From assembly GCA_003132105.1 (NCBI GenBank), contig PKWS01000193.1:1-43441 (forward strand): a DNA stretch of 43,441 bases, read 5' to 3'. The translations under genes and the position numbers were made by a program. Of the stretch, positions 8,966 to 17,889 are shown piece after piece. How positions within the stretch are numbered: position 1 is the stretch's first letter; each line of letters begins with the position of its first letter. The notes under the pieces are model-generated. The model searched no databases. It saw nothing but the letters and a program-made list of their open reading frames with translations, and had not been told where the DNA came from. The DNA comes from Desulfosporosinus sp. (GTDB taxonomy: Bacteria; Bacillota; Desulfitobacteriia; Desulfitobacteriales; Desulfitobacteriaceae).

Positions 8966-10554
8966 TTAAAAAATCGCTAATTGCCTTAGATCAGCCACCC
9001 TACCTGTATACCTACCGTCACACAACTCAGGGAGATTCGCTCGGGTTAGATGCTCTGAGAATGGCGGAGGAACAGCGTTTCCGCACCTTGCCACCTGAGT
9101 TGTTTTGGAAAGTACCTTTCCCGTGCTGTCGTGATCGATGATGTAGTCAGTCGGAAAACCATTAGCATTAAATAGTTCCCTCGGGGTTAGCATCCTGAGC
9201 CCAATATCACTAATGAAATATTTATCTCCGCCAATTTCGATTATGAGAATCTCATCTTCGCCGATATGGTAATCACAGTATTCGTTCAGCATGGCCCTGA
9301 CTTTCGGCCAATGTCCAAGCTCTTGAGTGTCGTTTGTTTCCCTCAGATATGTCTTTATTACTCCAAATTGACCGATGCTTGCTGTTATTGTTTGTAATGG
9401 AGTGTTAACCATCTGGCCCTTATTGTCGCCTTTGAATTTGACAATATGAACGACACTGAGGCCACTACGGTCCTTACTGGTAATAGTGTGCAAGGGCTCC
9501 GTTACATCCTGACCAATGCCTTGACCGTAGTATTTAATCAAATAAGCAGATACTAACGCGTGTCTTGGTGATGCGTCGATTGTCATGACAGGCTTATCAA
9601 CCGTTTGCCCTCTAGCTTCTGGGCTGTCGTGATACTGCAAAAGCGTGGGAGCCACAACTCCGTATCCATGCTTTGCGGTAAGTGTTGGCATTGGATCATG
9701 GATACTCTGTCCCCTGAAGTTGTCGCCGCCATGGTTGACTTGAACGATGTAGGGATCTGGATTCTTGATGAAAAACTTATCTAATCCCTTGGCTATCCGT
9801 TTCATAGTTTTGTCTGCGAGAGGCCTTACGGCTTTAAGATTGTACTTCTCTTTAATCTCTGCCGCAGTTTCAAAGATTGACGGACTAGGTAATTCAAAGT
9901 CAATGACGTCGGCAGCTGTCTTATAGGGTAATCTCCCTGGTCCATGAGTTGGTTCCGGCCAAACGATTGGCATCCCGTCGCGCCTTGCGATCATAAATAA
10001 GCGTTTACGTGTTGTTGGTGCTCCATAGTCACAGGCTCGAAGCTCTCTCCATTCGACCTTATAACCTTGATATCCCAGTGCATTGACGAAGGTTCGAAAG
10101 GTTCTACCCTTTTGTTTAGGATCTGGAAATTTATCTTTCGTCAACGGTCCCCAATCCTGAAATTCCTCCACGTTTTCGAGAATTATTACTCGCGGTTTTA
10201 CCGTTGCCGCCCACCTTAAACCGATCCATGCTAAACCTCGAATCTTCTTATCCTTCGGTTTGCCACCTTTAGCCTTGCTATGGTCCTTGCAATCTGGGCT
10301 TAACCAAAGGAGTGCTACCGGCTGGCCTTTAGTTGCCTTACGAGGTTCAACATCCCATACATCTTCGCAATAATGAACGGTATCAGGATGGTTAACAATG
10401 TGCATAGAGATGGCTTCCTGATCGTGGTTGATTGCGATATCTACTGAGCGACCAATTGCCAAAGATATGCCAGTGCTTGCGCCACCGCCACCTAACCGGC
10501 AAAACTATCAACTATGAGTTCTCTTAACTTTTCCCTAGTTGTAATTTTGGCCAT
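8966..10554 (-). pseudogene. dcm: C5-cytosine DNA methyltransferase, frameshifted within motif I
   Basis: ATG10554 gives MAKITTREKLRELIVDSFAG*, and GGGGASTG continues in another frame (5 extra bp at about 10493-10497). Downstream SPDC, ENV, RKR and GNAV motifs are intact. Confidence 0.85.
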
Positions 10555-11029
10555 TTTGCATCACCTCGCTTTCGTGCCTGTATTGCCATGCATGAGTCTC
10601 TACCTTATGCTCAATGATGTGCTGGCTTCTCGTTAATGCTTGTAGGTTATCAGGAAGGTCATTCATGCTGTTATGATCCGTGTGATGAACAACCAATCCT
10701 TTAGGCAAAGGACCATTAATTAACTCATAAACATAAACAGCTTTAAGTTTCCATTCATTAGGTTCATGGATTTTAATCCAAGCCCTTTTCTTGCCTTTAT
10801 AGGTCCTAATCGTTTCACTACCTATAGGTAATTTATTGTGAGCAGATTGACCAGGTTTGAATTCGGTTTTAGGGCTCTTGCGTTCCCCAATCTTAAATTC
10901 TGTCGATGGGCTTTTATGCTCTCCGTGTTTGAATTGAGTCTTTTGTGAATATGAGAAACCGGGAATAAAACGCCCTATATCTCTAGGTGATGGTTTATCC
11001 ACGATGATTTCCCTACATTGTCTATTCAT
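10535..11029 (-). CDS. HNH homing-type endonuclease
   Basis: TEFK.G repeats and VVHHTDHNSMND.PDNL...H HNH motif. Confidence 0.85.
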   Translation of the reverse strand: MNRQCREIIVDKPSPRDIGRFIPGFSYSQKTQFKHGEHKSPSTEFKIGERKSPKTEFKPGQSAHNKLPIGSETIRTYKGKKRAWIKIHEPNEWKLKAVYVYELINGPLPKGLVVHHTDHNSMNDLPDNLQALTRSQHIIEHKVETHAWQYRHESEVMQNGQNYN

Positions 11030-11216
11030 AGTTCGTCCTCCCCGCGTTTCCTAATTCTAGTTCTTCAAGGCGTTTGACGTATGCCTTTTGATTTTCATTG
11101 AAGTCTGCATGTTGGAGGATGATCTCAACATTTAATTGATCAAGTTCTTTTTTGGATTGGGCTTGCTTGATTTTTTCTAGTAAGGTCACGCCCTTTTCCT
11201 CTCCCTCTCTTGCCAC
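11022..11216 (-). CDS. Hypothetical protein (start probably GTG near 11189)
   Basis: Coupled between neighbouring genes. Confidence 0.55.
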   Translation of the reverse strand: MAREGEEKGVTLLEKIKQAQSKKELDQLNVEIILQHADFNENQKAYVKRLEELELGNAGRTNYE

Positions 11217-11581
11217 ATTGCCTCTATTTTCTTTTCTTCTTCCGTTTTATACCTACCGCTGTAAACATTCATGAAATGAGCAACATCAGGCTTTACACCA
11301 GCCTTAACAGCTTTTCTACCCGCTGCTGATAGAACTATAAGAAACGTATTCATCTGTTTTGATTGAGCAGGGGTAAGGGCTTTGCGATAGTCTAAGTGTG
11401 TTAGGTAAGTTTCATCACCTTTGATGGTTTTAACCGCAATACTCCGCAACTTTTTCCGTATGCGCCAAGATGCGATAGTATTAGGTTTTATTCCTAATAT
11501 TTTTCCTATCTCAACATCGTTTTTTAGTTCGTGGTAGAGCTTGAGTGCTATGTTGGGATCGAAGGTCATTTTTGCTGACAT
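11186..11581 (-). CDS. HTH DNA-binding protein
   Basis: NDVEIGKILGIKPNTIASWR HTH. Confidence 0.7.
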   Translation of the reverse strand: MSAKMTFDPNIALKLYHELKNDVEIGKILGIKPNTIASWRIRKKLRSIAVKTIKGDETYLTHLDYRKALTPAQSKQMNTFLIVLSAAGRKAVKAGVKPDVAHFMNVYSGRYKTEEEKKIEAMWQERERKRA

Positions 11582-11593
11582 GGCTTGTCCTCC

Positions 11594-12307
11594 CTACAAG
11601 TAAAACTTTTCCTCTTCCCCTGGCTCCATCTTCTTGATCTGCTTAAACTCCGGTTCCTTCCGCCTGTTCTTAGCAGCCCTTGCCAACAACTCTCTGATAT
11701 GGTCCGACCTCGCGTCTATATCCTCAATCTCGTCAACCTTATCTTCTTCCAAATAATCAAGTGCGCTTATTGCTTTTTGACTGAAAGGCTCTGCCGGCTT
11801 GAGCATTGGAATTCCGCCCATTCCCGCCATCAGATCCTTTAGCTTTTGTGGAGTTTTAGCGTCCATCATTTCGCGCTTTTCTAGTGCCTCGTACGCCATG
11901 CGAAACTGCGCTCTGTTGGTGTCATTCTCCTCGTTGACACAGAAGGCTTGGAACCCGCCCAATGCTCTCATGGCCGCCTGATTGATTGGTGTGAGTGACT
12001 TAATTGCTTCCTCCGCCCGATGTACCCCAAAGTTTCTTACCACCCTCAATACTTGGTCATAGGCATCTGGCCATGGTAGGGTTTCTTTCCCCGTGACTTC
12101 CAAAGATGCTTTGCGGAATACGGCCGGCATCGGGAGAAAAGGATTCTCAAGAGTTGCTATTACTTTCCGTGCTGCTGTTATCGCTACTTCAAAAGGAAGA
12201 TCATTTAAGGCATCCCAATACACTTCCATTCTCTGCGGAGAAGGTTTTGTATCGGTGGTAATTGATGTAATGTACGAATAGAATTTTGCAAACTCAGATT
12301 TGTCCAT
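11594..12307 (-). CDS. Helicase loader/inhibitor (G39P/DUF6475-like)
   Basis: YWDALNDLPFE...FLPMPA motif; directly follows the replication initiator. Confidence 0.7.
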   Translation of the reverse strand: MDKSEFAKFYSYITSITTDTKPSPQRMEVYWDALNDLPFEVAITAARKVIATLENPFLPMPAVFRKASLEVTGKETLPWPDAYDQVLRVVRNFGVHRAEEAIKSLTPINQAAMRALGGFQAFCVNEENDTNRAQFRMAYEALEKREMMDAKTPQKLKDLMAGMGGIPMLKPAEPFSQKAISALDYLEEDKVDEIEDIDARSDHIRELLARAAKNRRKEPEFKQIKKMEPGEEEKFYL

Positions 12308-13133
12308 TCTTTTCTACCTCCTCGTGCATTGCTAACCATTGAGCCGTTATTTCATCTTGGCTTGTCGGTTTAATTTTTCCAGTATTAACCCACCCTGTTT
12401 TTGGTTTACTCGATTGCTTCTGTTGATCTTCCGTGAATCGATTAAGTACCCATCCTTTTCCAACCATGCAATGATAATCAGATTTGTTTGGAGGTTTTCC
12501 TTTAGAGCAGTACCAATTGTCAAGAATGGCAATCATCTCACCTGTATCATGTTGGCCGTTCTCTTCGACTAACTTTTCATACTCAACTTCTGATAAGTGT
12601 ACTTTTTCACCAAATACCTTTTTGACGATTTCCGGTTTAGGTTTCTTAGTTTTTTTTAGTACGGTGCTAGCACCCGTACTGGAATCAGGAATCAGGAATC
12701 CGGAATCAGGAATCAGGAATCCGGAATCAGCAGGGCTAGACTTGGGCAAGACTGAGGAAAGACTGGTGCTAGACTGAGGCTTGTTTGGTGCTAGTTCCAT
12801 CTGTTCCTCATTCGGTTCCGGTATTTCACTGGGTACTTCTTTAAAATGTGGGTTTTGGTGCTTCTTCCAATTAAGGACTGCAATATAGTCTTCTTCCTCT
12901 ACTGAATAACGAGTAATGAATTTCTTTTTCCATAATTCATTTAACAATTTGTCTACGTCACACTCGTCATAAGGGAGAACACAGGCTTTAATTTTCTTTG
13001 GACTATCTTTTAGTCGCCCGGCTTTATCAGCTATCGTCCATAATCCAGCAAACAACAATCTCCCTAATGGCTCTATTTCGGCTAAATCATCGTTAAGGAA
13101 AAAACCCGGCTTAATATTTCTTGAACGTGCCAC
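12294..13133 (-). CDS. Phage replication initiator
   Basis: MARSRNIKPGFF, LWTIADKAGR and NWKKHQ motifs; repeat-rich central linker. Confidence 0.85.
   Translation of the reverse strand: MARSRNIKPGFFLNDDLAEIEPLGRLLFAGLWTIADKAGRLKDSPKKIKACVLPYDECDVDKLLNELWKKKFITRYSVEEEDYIAVLNWKKHQNPHFKEVPSEIPEPNEEQMELAPNKPQSSTSLSSVLPKSSPADSGFLIPDSGFLIPDSSTGASTVLKKTKKPKPEIVKKVFGEKVHLSEVEYEKLVEENGQHDTGEMIAILDNWYCSKGKPPNKSDYHCMVGKGWVLNRFTEDQQKQSSKPKTGWVNTGKIKPTSQDEITAQWLAMHEEVEKNGQI
12664..12795. repeat. Probable replication origin: 7 x GGAATC(A/C) tandem repeat (12681-12729) plus GTGCTAG/AGACTG iteron-like repeats
   Basis: Repeats read directly inside the initiator gene, next to an A/T tract. Confidence 0.7.
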
Positions 13134-13148
13134 TTTCTCACCCGCTCT

Positions 13149-13826
13149 TTATTTGTCTTCCATTTTCACTCTCTCAAATTCCACTACCCACACCCAGGGA
13201 TTCAGGTCCCAACCATACCCGCGCTCAGTGTTCAAACTGTCCCAAAGCCTAGCAAACCGTTGTCGTGGGGTTTCTCCTAGTGGTGGCTTTTCCTTAGCCG
13301 CGACAGCCGCATCAAATGCTTTCTGATATTCTGGGGTGTTTGGTATGCGAAGGGCTCCTTCGTCCATCGCGTCTGTTTCTGTTATGTCCTGCAACCGCTC
13401 GACCCGGATGTTAGTGACCTTAAGTAGTATCCTAGCGGCTTCTCTCGGCATGAATAAACTCGACTGCCACCCTGCCTTTTGGTAGAACTTGCGGAATTGA
13501 GTGTATCGTTCAGGTTTAAATCTGCGGATAACCTCAGCGCCATGGTACCCGTCTTGAATGGCTTTAAAATCAATAGCCATCGTTTTGTTGTGATCGTTTA
13601 CGCTGTCCACATTCCACGTTTCCCTCACCCAAAGAATGTCGCCAACTTGACCATATGGGCATTTCTTGCTCCATGAATTATCAGGATGTTTAATAAAATC
13701 ACTTGAAAATCCAACGTCCTGCCATTCTTGAAAAACTTTATCCTTGATAACTCTTCTAGTCATCGTCTTTCTTCCTGCCAAAATTGCCTTGACCATTTCA
13801 GTTGAAAAAAGTATCGGCTTTTCCAT
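13149..13826 (-). CDS. ASCH/PUA-like phage protein
   Basis: PILFSTEMVKAILAGRKT.TRR, GDILWVRETW and NPWVWVVEF motifs. Confidence 0.75.
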   Translation of the reverse strand: MEKPILFSTEMVKAILAGRKTMTRRVIKDKVFQEWQDVGFSSDFIKHPDNSWSKKCPYGQVGDILWVRETWNVDSVNDHNKTMAIDFKAIQDGYHGAEVIRRFKPERYTQFRKFYQKAGWQSSLFMPREAARILLKVTNIRVERLQDITETDAMDEGALRIPNTPEYQKAFDAAVAAKEKPPLGETPRQRFARLWDSLNTERGYGWDLNPWVWVVEFERVKMEDK

Positions 13827-13878
13827 TCCTTCGCCTCCAAGAGAGGGGCAGCCGAAACCACCCCTATTAAATTACTGT

Positions 13879-14592
13879 TTACTCGGTCACAACTACCTTG
13901 CCCGCTGCGATCAGATCCGCAAGGGCTGTCTCAAAATACTGCTTGATGTTCTTCCGTGCTTGCATCTTCCAAGCTCCACCATCAGCCTCAAATAACGCTG
14001 CCGTAGGTCCCGTCTTTAATCGCAGGAGGAATTCCCCCTCGGGTTGTGGCACCTCAATGAACGTGCGGTAAGGAGCAAGTTTCACTATTGGAGTAACCAT
14101 TACTTTACTAAGCGTCTGAACCCCTGTTCTGACCGCTACTTTCTGAGAAATCCCATCATCGTCAGTTGTCTTAACCGCTTCTTCGCTTAGGCTTGCAAGA
14201 AGTTGAATGAGGCTATCCCTCATATCCGATTGAACAAATGTACTTTTTAACATGATGTTCATTTGTTCAACGTCCATATAGTTCTCAAATGTGATTCGTG
14301 GCAATTCAGCAACCGCAGAATAGAGATTAAAGCGGTCAAGATGGTTTCTAAGCGCGGTATGAACGTTTACCTTAGTTGGGGACTCGACATGGATTATCAG
14401 GTCATTCAGGCTGCCGTGAGTGTTCTCCTTAAGGATTAGCTCGACAAGGCTTGCAAGGGTTTTGGTAGAGAATACGCTTGGTGCATCTTCTGGAAGCTGA
14501 TTAAGAATACGGTTGGCATATTTGAACCCGTTGTGCTCGGTAATCTCTGTATCCCGGAAGGTCAGTAGGAATTTCAATGCTTTTTCAATCAT
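13879..14592 (-). CDS. Conserved phage protein
   Basis: DDGISQ, LAPYRTFIEV.QP and LFEADGGAWK motifs of a widespread phage gene pair. Confidence 0.75.
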   Translation of the reverse strand: MIEKALKFLLTFRDTEITEHNGFKYANRILNQLPEDAPSVFSTKTLASLVELILKENTHGSLNDLIIHVESPTKVNVHTALRNHLDRFNLYSAVAELPRITFENYMDVEQMNIMLKSTFVQSDMRDSLIQLLASLSEEAVKTTDDDGISQKVAVRTGVQTLSKVMVTPIVKLAPYRTFIEVPQPEGEFLLRLKTGPTAALFEADGGAWKMQARKNIKQYFETALADLIAAGKVVVTE

Positions 14593-14964
14593 TTAGTTCA
14601 CGCTCCTTGTTAATTTTAAAACATTAGTGACTTTCTCTTCCTCTGGAACAAAAATGGTTTCTTGATTAGGATCAAACTTGGATACCTCTCGGGCTGTTGG
14701 TTTACCGTTATTATCTTCGCCCAAGTAGTAACTAGTGACAATGGCCCTTACCGGCGCAATAACAGACTTGGCTTGAGCCTCGCACTCAACGATTTCCCGA
14801 TTCTCATTCGCTTTAAAAACAAGGGTAATTGTCATTTTGCGGGCTTTTTTCGCATCAGTATTCGGGTCAAGAATATTACTCATTATCTTGGCGGTTTCAC
14901 CTTCGATTTGCTCAAGGATTGCGCCTTTCGCCATTTCCAGAACGTTTAACTCTTTGATTTTCAT
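14593..14964 (-). CDS. Conserved phage protein (partner of the adjacent gene)
   Basis: NILDPNTDAKKARK motif. Confidence 0.75.
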   Translation of the reverse strand: MKIKELNVLEMAKGAILEQIEGETAKIMSNILDPNTDAKKARKMTITLVFKANENREIVECEAQAKSVIAPVRAIVTSYYLGEDNNGKPTAREVSKFDPNQETIFVPEEEKVTNVLKLTRSVN

Positions 14965-15067
14965 TTATGTTCATCCTTCCGTTTTTGAGTTATTAAATGG
15001 GCTGGATGGGAGAACAATTATTCCGTGTCGACCCGGAACTTATATGATTCATCCAGACCAAAGGTGA

Positions 15068-15571
15068 CTAATATTGTCGAGTAAAGAACTTCTCCTGTTT
15101 CTCTTTTGGATATTTTCTGCGAGTATCTACATGACAGGAGTTACATAACCACTGGACATCTAGCGGTTTACTATAATCCTCGTGGTGGCCTTCTAAATTC
15201 GCTTCTGCGCCACACTTTGAGCAATGAATAGGCTTCACTACTACTCCATCCCTAACCGCATTACCTAGCATTGTGCGAGCGTGGTATTTTTCGGGGTACT
15301 TATCCCTATACCTTCTCTGCGACTCAGCTTGTCTGCCATCCTCTACCCACGTTCTTGTTACTTCTTTTCTTAACGCAACTCTATGCGGCAGATTAGCCCT
15401 TTTGCGGTCATATTCTTGGCAAGAATCAAGATTATCTGCACGATGCTGGTTGGAATCGTTCTTTGTGCATTCTTTGCACTTTCCTAGATACCCATCTCTC
15501 ATCCCAATATGCTTATAGAATTCTTCGACAGGTTTCATAGCTCCACATTTGAAGCATTCTTTCGTTATCAA
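15068..15571 (-). CDS. Zn-finger/HNH-like endonuclease
   Basis: CFKC...CKEC N-terminus; CSKC...HHEDYSKPL.V.WLC..CH C-terminus. Confidence 0.75.
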   Translation of the reverse strand: MITKECFKCGAMKPVEEFYKHIGMRDGYLGKCKECTKNDSNQHRADNLDSCQEYDRKRANLPHRVALRKEVTRTWVEDGRQAESQRRYRDKYPEKYHARTMLGNAVRDGVVVKPIHCSKCGAEANLEGHHEDYSKPLDVQWLCNSCHVDTRRKYPKEKQEKFFTRQY

Positions 15572-15978
15572 AAAGGTATATCTCCCTCGTCATCTAAATT
15601 AACTTCATGACCGTATGATCCTTTTCCACTTGGACGGTCTGTTTCCTGACTTTGCCCGCCATCTTTAGGACTTAAGAACTGAACTTCGTCAGCAAGAATG
15701 TCCGTTGACCACTTCTTGTTACCGTCCTTATCGTTGTACGAACTAATTTGTAATGCCCCACTCACGCCGGCCAACTTACCTTTTGAAAGAGAATTCGCGC
15801 AAAGTTCGGCAAGTTGCTTGAACGTTTTAATCTGAATGAAATCGGTTTCTTTTTCGCCTTGAGAGTTCTTGAATCTGCGGTCGACCGCGATAGTGAAGGT
15901 TGTTACGGCTACTCCTGAGGGGCTGTACCTAAGTTCTGGATCTCTGACCAATCTTCCAATTCCGTTCCATTTGTTCAT
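15568..15978 (-). CDS. ssb: Single-stranded DNA-binding protein
   Basis: GRLVRDPELRY, FTIAVDR and acidic DIPF tail. Confidence 0.96.
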   Translation of the reverse strand: MNKWNGIGRLVRDPELRYSPSGVAVTTFTIAVDRRFKNSQGEKETDFIQIKTFKQLAELCANSLSKGKLAGVSGALQISSYNDKDGNKKWSTDILADEVQFLSPKDGGQSQETDRPSGKGSYGHEVNLDDEGDIPF

Positions 15979-15990
15979 GATTATCCTCCT

Positions 15991-16734
15991 TTAAAATGGG
16001 TATTGCTCCAACGGAATATCTCTCCCAGCATCAGCAACGATAACTATTTTTCCTGTCAATTCTTCAATCTCCTGGACCATTCTCTTTGCGTCAGAGTTGG
16101 CATTCGATAAGTGAAGAAGGACTATTACTTTAACTTTTGACAAATCATTGGCCGCTAAAAACTCTTTGACATGTTCCAGTGAGAAATGACTTTCCAATAA
16201 CCTGTTTTTCATGCCTTGAGCGATATATCCGGCTTCAATGTTTGCGTCCAGGGTATCTTTGCAGTAGTTACACTCACACAAAACATAATCAAGTTTACTG
16301 AAGCGATTGCGTAAAAAGTATGTGTCAGTCGCGAATAGGATTTTCTCGCCAGTGGGCTTATACATGATTAGATAACCAAAGGGATTTACTGCATCATGTT
16401 CCGTCTTAAATGGTAAAACGGTAAAATCACCTACTGAGAACTGAATACCATCGTCAACCATTTGTGTCCTGTGACTCTCAGCTATGCCTATTTGCCCTGC
16501 TGTTTCAAGGCTAGTGTAAACGTCTATCCCAGCCTTCAAGATATCCTTAACGGCTTTGGAATGATCCCCATGTTCGTGAGTGATTAAGCAGCCGCGAACC
16601 TTAGACAAATTGAAATCTAATGCCTTCTGTATGTCCTTAAACTTAATCCCTGCATCCAGTATTAATGTTCCGGTAGGGGTTTCGAGGAGATAGGAATTAC
16701 CCTTACTCCCCGATCCAATTACTTTAAGATTCAT
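15991..16734 (-). CDS. MBL-fold metallohydrolase (exonuclease-like)
   Basis: GSGSKGN, THEHGDH, ECNY and LHLS motifs; start reassigned to ATG16734. Confidence 0.9.
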   Translation of the reverse strand: MNLKVIGSGSKGNSYLLETPTGTLILDAGIKFKDIQKALDFNLSKVRGCLITHEHGDHSKAVKDILKAGIDVYTSLETAGQIGIAESHRTQMVDDGIQFSVGDFTVLPFKTEHDAVNPFGYLIMYKPTGEKILFATDTYFLRNRFSKLDYVLCECNYCKDTLDANIEAGYIAQGMKNRLLESHFSLEHVKEFLAANDLSKVKVIVLLHLSNANSDAKRMVQEIEELTGKIVIVADAGRDIPLEQYPF

Positions 16735-16735
16735 A

Positions 16736-17632
16736 TCAGAATCCCGGTCCAGTAGCTGCTTTATCCTCGTTCTTCTTATCCATTTCAACTATCTCAGCAT
16801 CGGTAATTCCTTCAACTTCGCCTTCGATTTGAATGTCAATAAGCTCGCCATTTGCATTATCGGAAATCTCCGCTTCAGCCCTAGATTCCACAATTGAATC
16901 GTCAGTTTCCTTAGCAAATTTACTAACAATGCTCTTATCACTTGAGCTATTAATGACCATCTTGCAAGCCTTGTTAATAGCTGTCTTAACGCACATATCA
17001 GCCGTAAATTTGCCATGAACGCTACTTGGTTTGATTTGTCCATCGTCAGCAACCGGATTCATTTTGCTTTGCTTCCATGACTGTTTTATTTGATCGAATG
17101 TTAAAACAGTCGATTCTTCTTTACCTGAGAAATAAAGAATGGTCGCGTATGCTGCAATGATTTTACTTTTATTCACATTCTCAATCTTTTGGATGTGCTT
17201 GGTGATTACGTTCTTACCTCGAACTTTTGAATACTCAAATTCATCACCTTCATAAACGGATTCCCCAAAAATGTCCTCAATATTTGGGTCAACCATTTTA
17301 GCTACAGCTATACTGCCGAAATAACTTCTTTGCATCATCAGCTTTGTACCATAGGCAATAAAGTAGCATTGCTTTTTATCGGGATTCAAGCCTTGGACAA
17401 CCATGCTCAAAAGTGCATTCGCAATACTATCCTTTGTGCAATAATCAAGAACAAACTTGTGGTCCATGTTTTGAGTTTCCTGTAAAATTAACCATGCTGA
17501 TTTCAAGGCATTTTGCGGAATGTAATTAGCAGGAAAGGTTAGTTCTCCATTGCTTTGAAAGTCCTTAACTCTGCTAACCACGATGTCCACTGTTTCTTTT
17601 TTGACTACTAGAGCATTGTTTACTGTTGCCAT
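16736..17632 (-). CDS. recT: RecT-family single-strand annealing protein
   Basis: QGLNP.KKQCYFI.YG, RSYFG and M..KT motifs. Confidence 0.9.
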   Translation of the reverse strand: MATVNNALVVKKETVDIVVSRVKDFQSNGELTFPANYIPQNALKSAWLILQETQNMDHKFVLDYCTKDSIANALLSMVVQGLNPDKKQCYFIAYGTKLMMQRSYFGSIAVAKMVDPNIEDIFGESVYEGDEFEYSKVRGKNVITKHIQKIENVNKSKIIAAYATILYFSGKEESTVLTFDQIKQSWKQSKMNPVADDGQIKPSSVHGKFTADMCVKTAINKACKMVINSSSDKSIVSKFAKETDDSIVESRAEAEISDNANGELIDIQIEGEVEGITDAEIVEMDKKNEDKAATGPGF

Positions 17633-17634
17633 GA

Positions 17635-17889
17635 TTATTCCCCCTCTAATTCTGCTTTGATTTCAACGCCACATTTATGGCAGACCATTTTATTACCCTT
17701 ATCAGTGATAATCAGGCTTAAGTTTTCACCATCCTCAAAGTTCCGTCCACAAGAATGGCAGTTAAAAAGTTTGTTCCTCATATTTCCCCTGATTCTCCGA
17801 TAGGACTCATCAAAACACATCATGTCTAGCCCAATTTGTTGAATGTTGTAATGCTTGGTTGTCGTCTTGGTGATGGTAAGCTTACTCAC
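17635..17889 (-). CDS. Zn-ribbon hypothetical protein
   Basis: CHSC and CHKC pairs. Confidence 0.65.
   Translation of the reverse strand: MSKLTITKTTTKHYNIQQIGLDMMCFDESYRRIRGNMRNKLFNCHSCGRNFEDGENLSLIITDKGNKMVCHKCGVEIKAELEGE

Noticed and set aside
10492-10494. Pyrrolysine/amber readthrough rescuing the methyltransferase
   Set aside because: Readthrough stays in the wrong frame (VAVAQALAYL...) and meets another stop; a frameshift is required.
12681-12729. CRISPR array
   Set aside because: 7-bp tandem units without spacers, inside the initiator gene; no cas genes.
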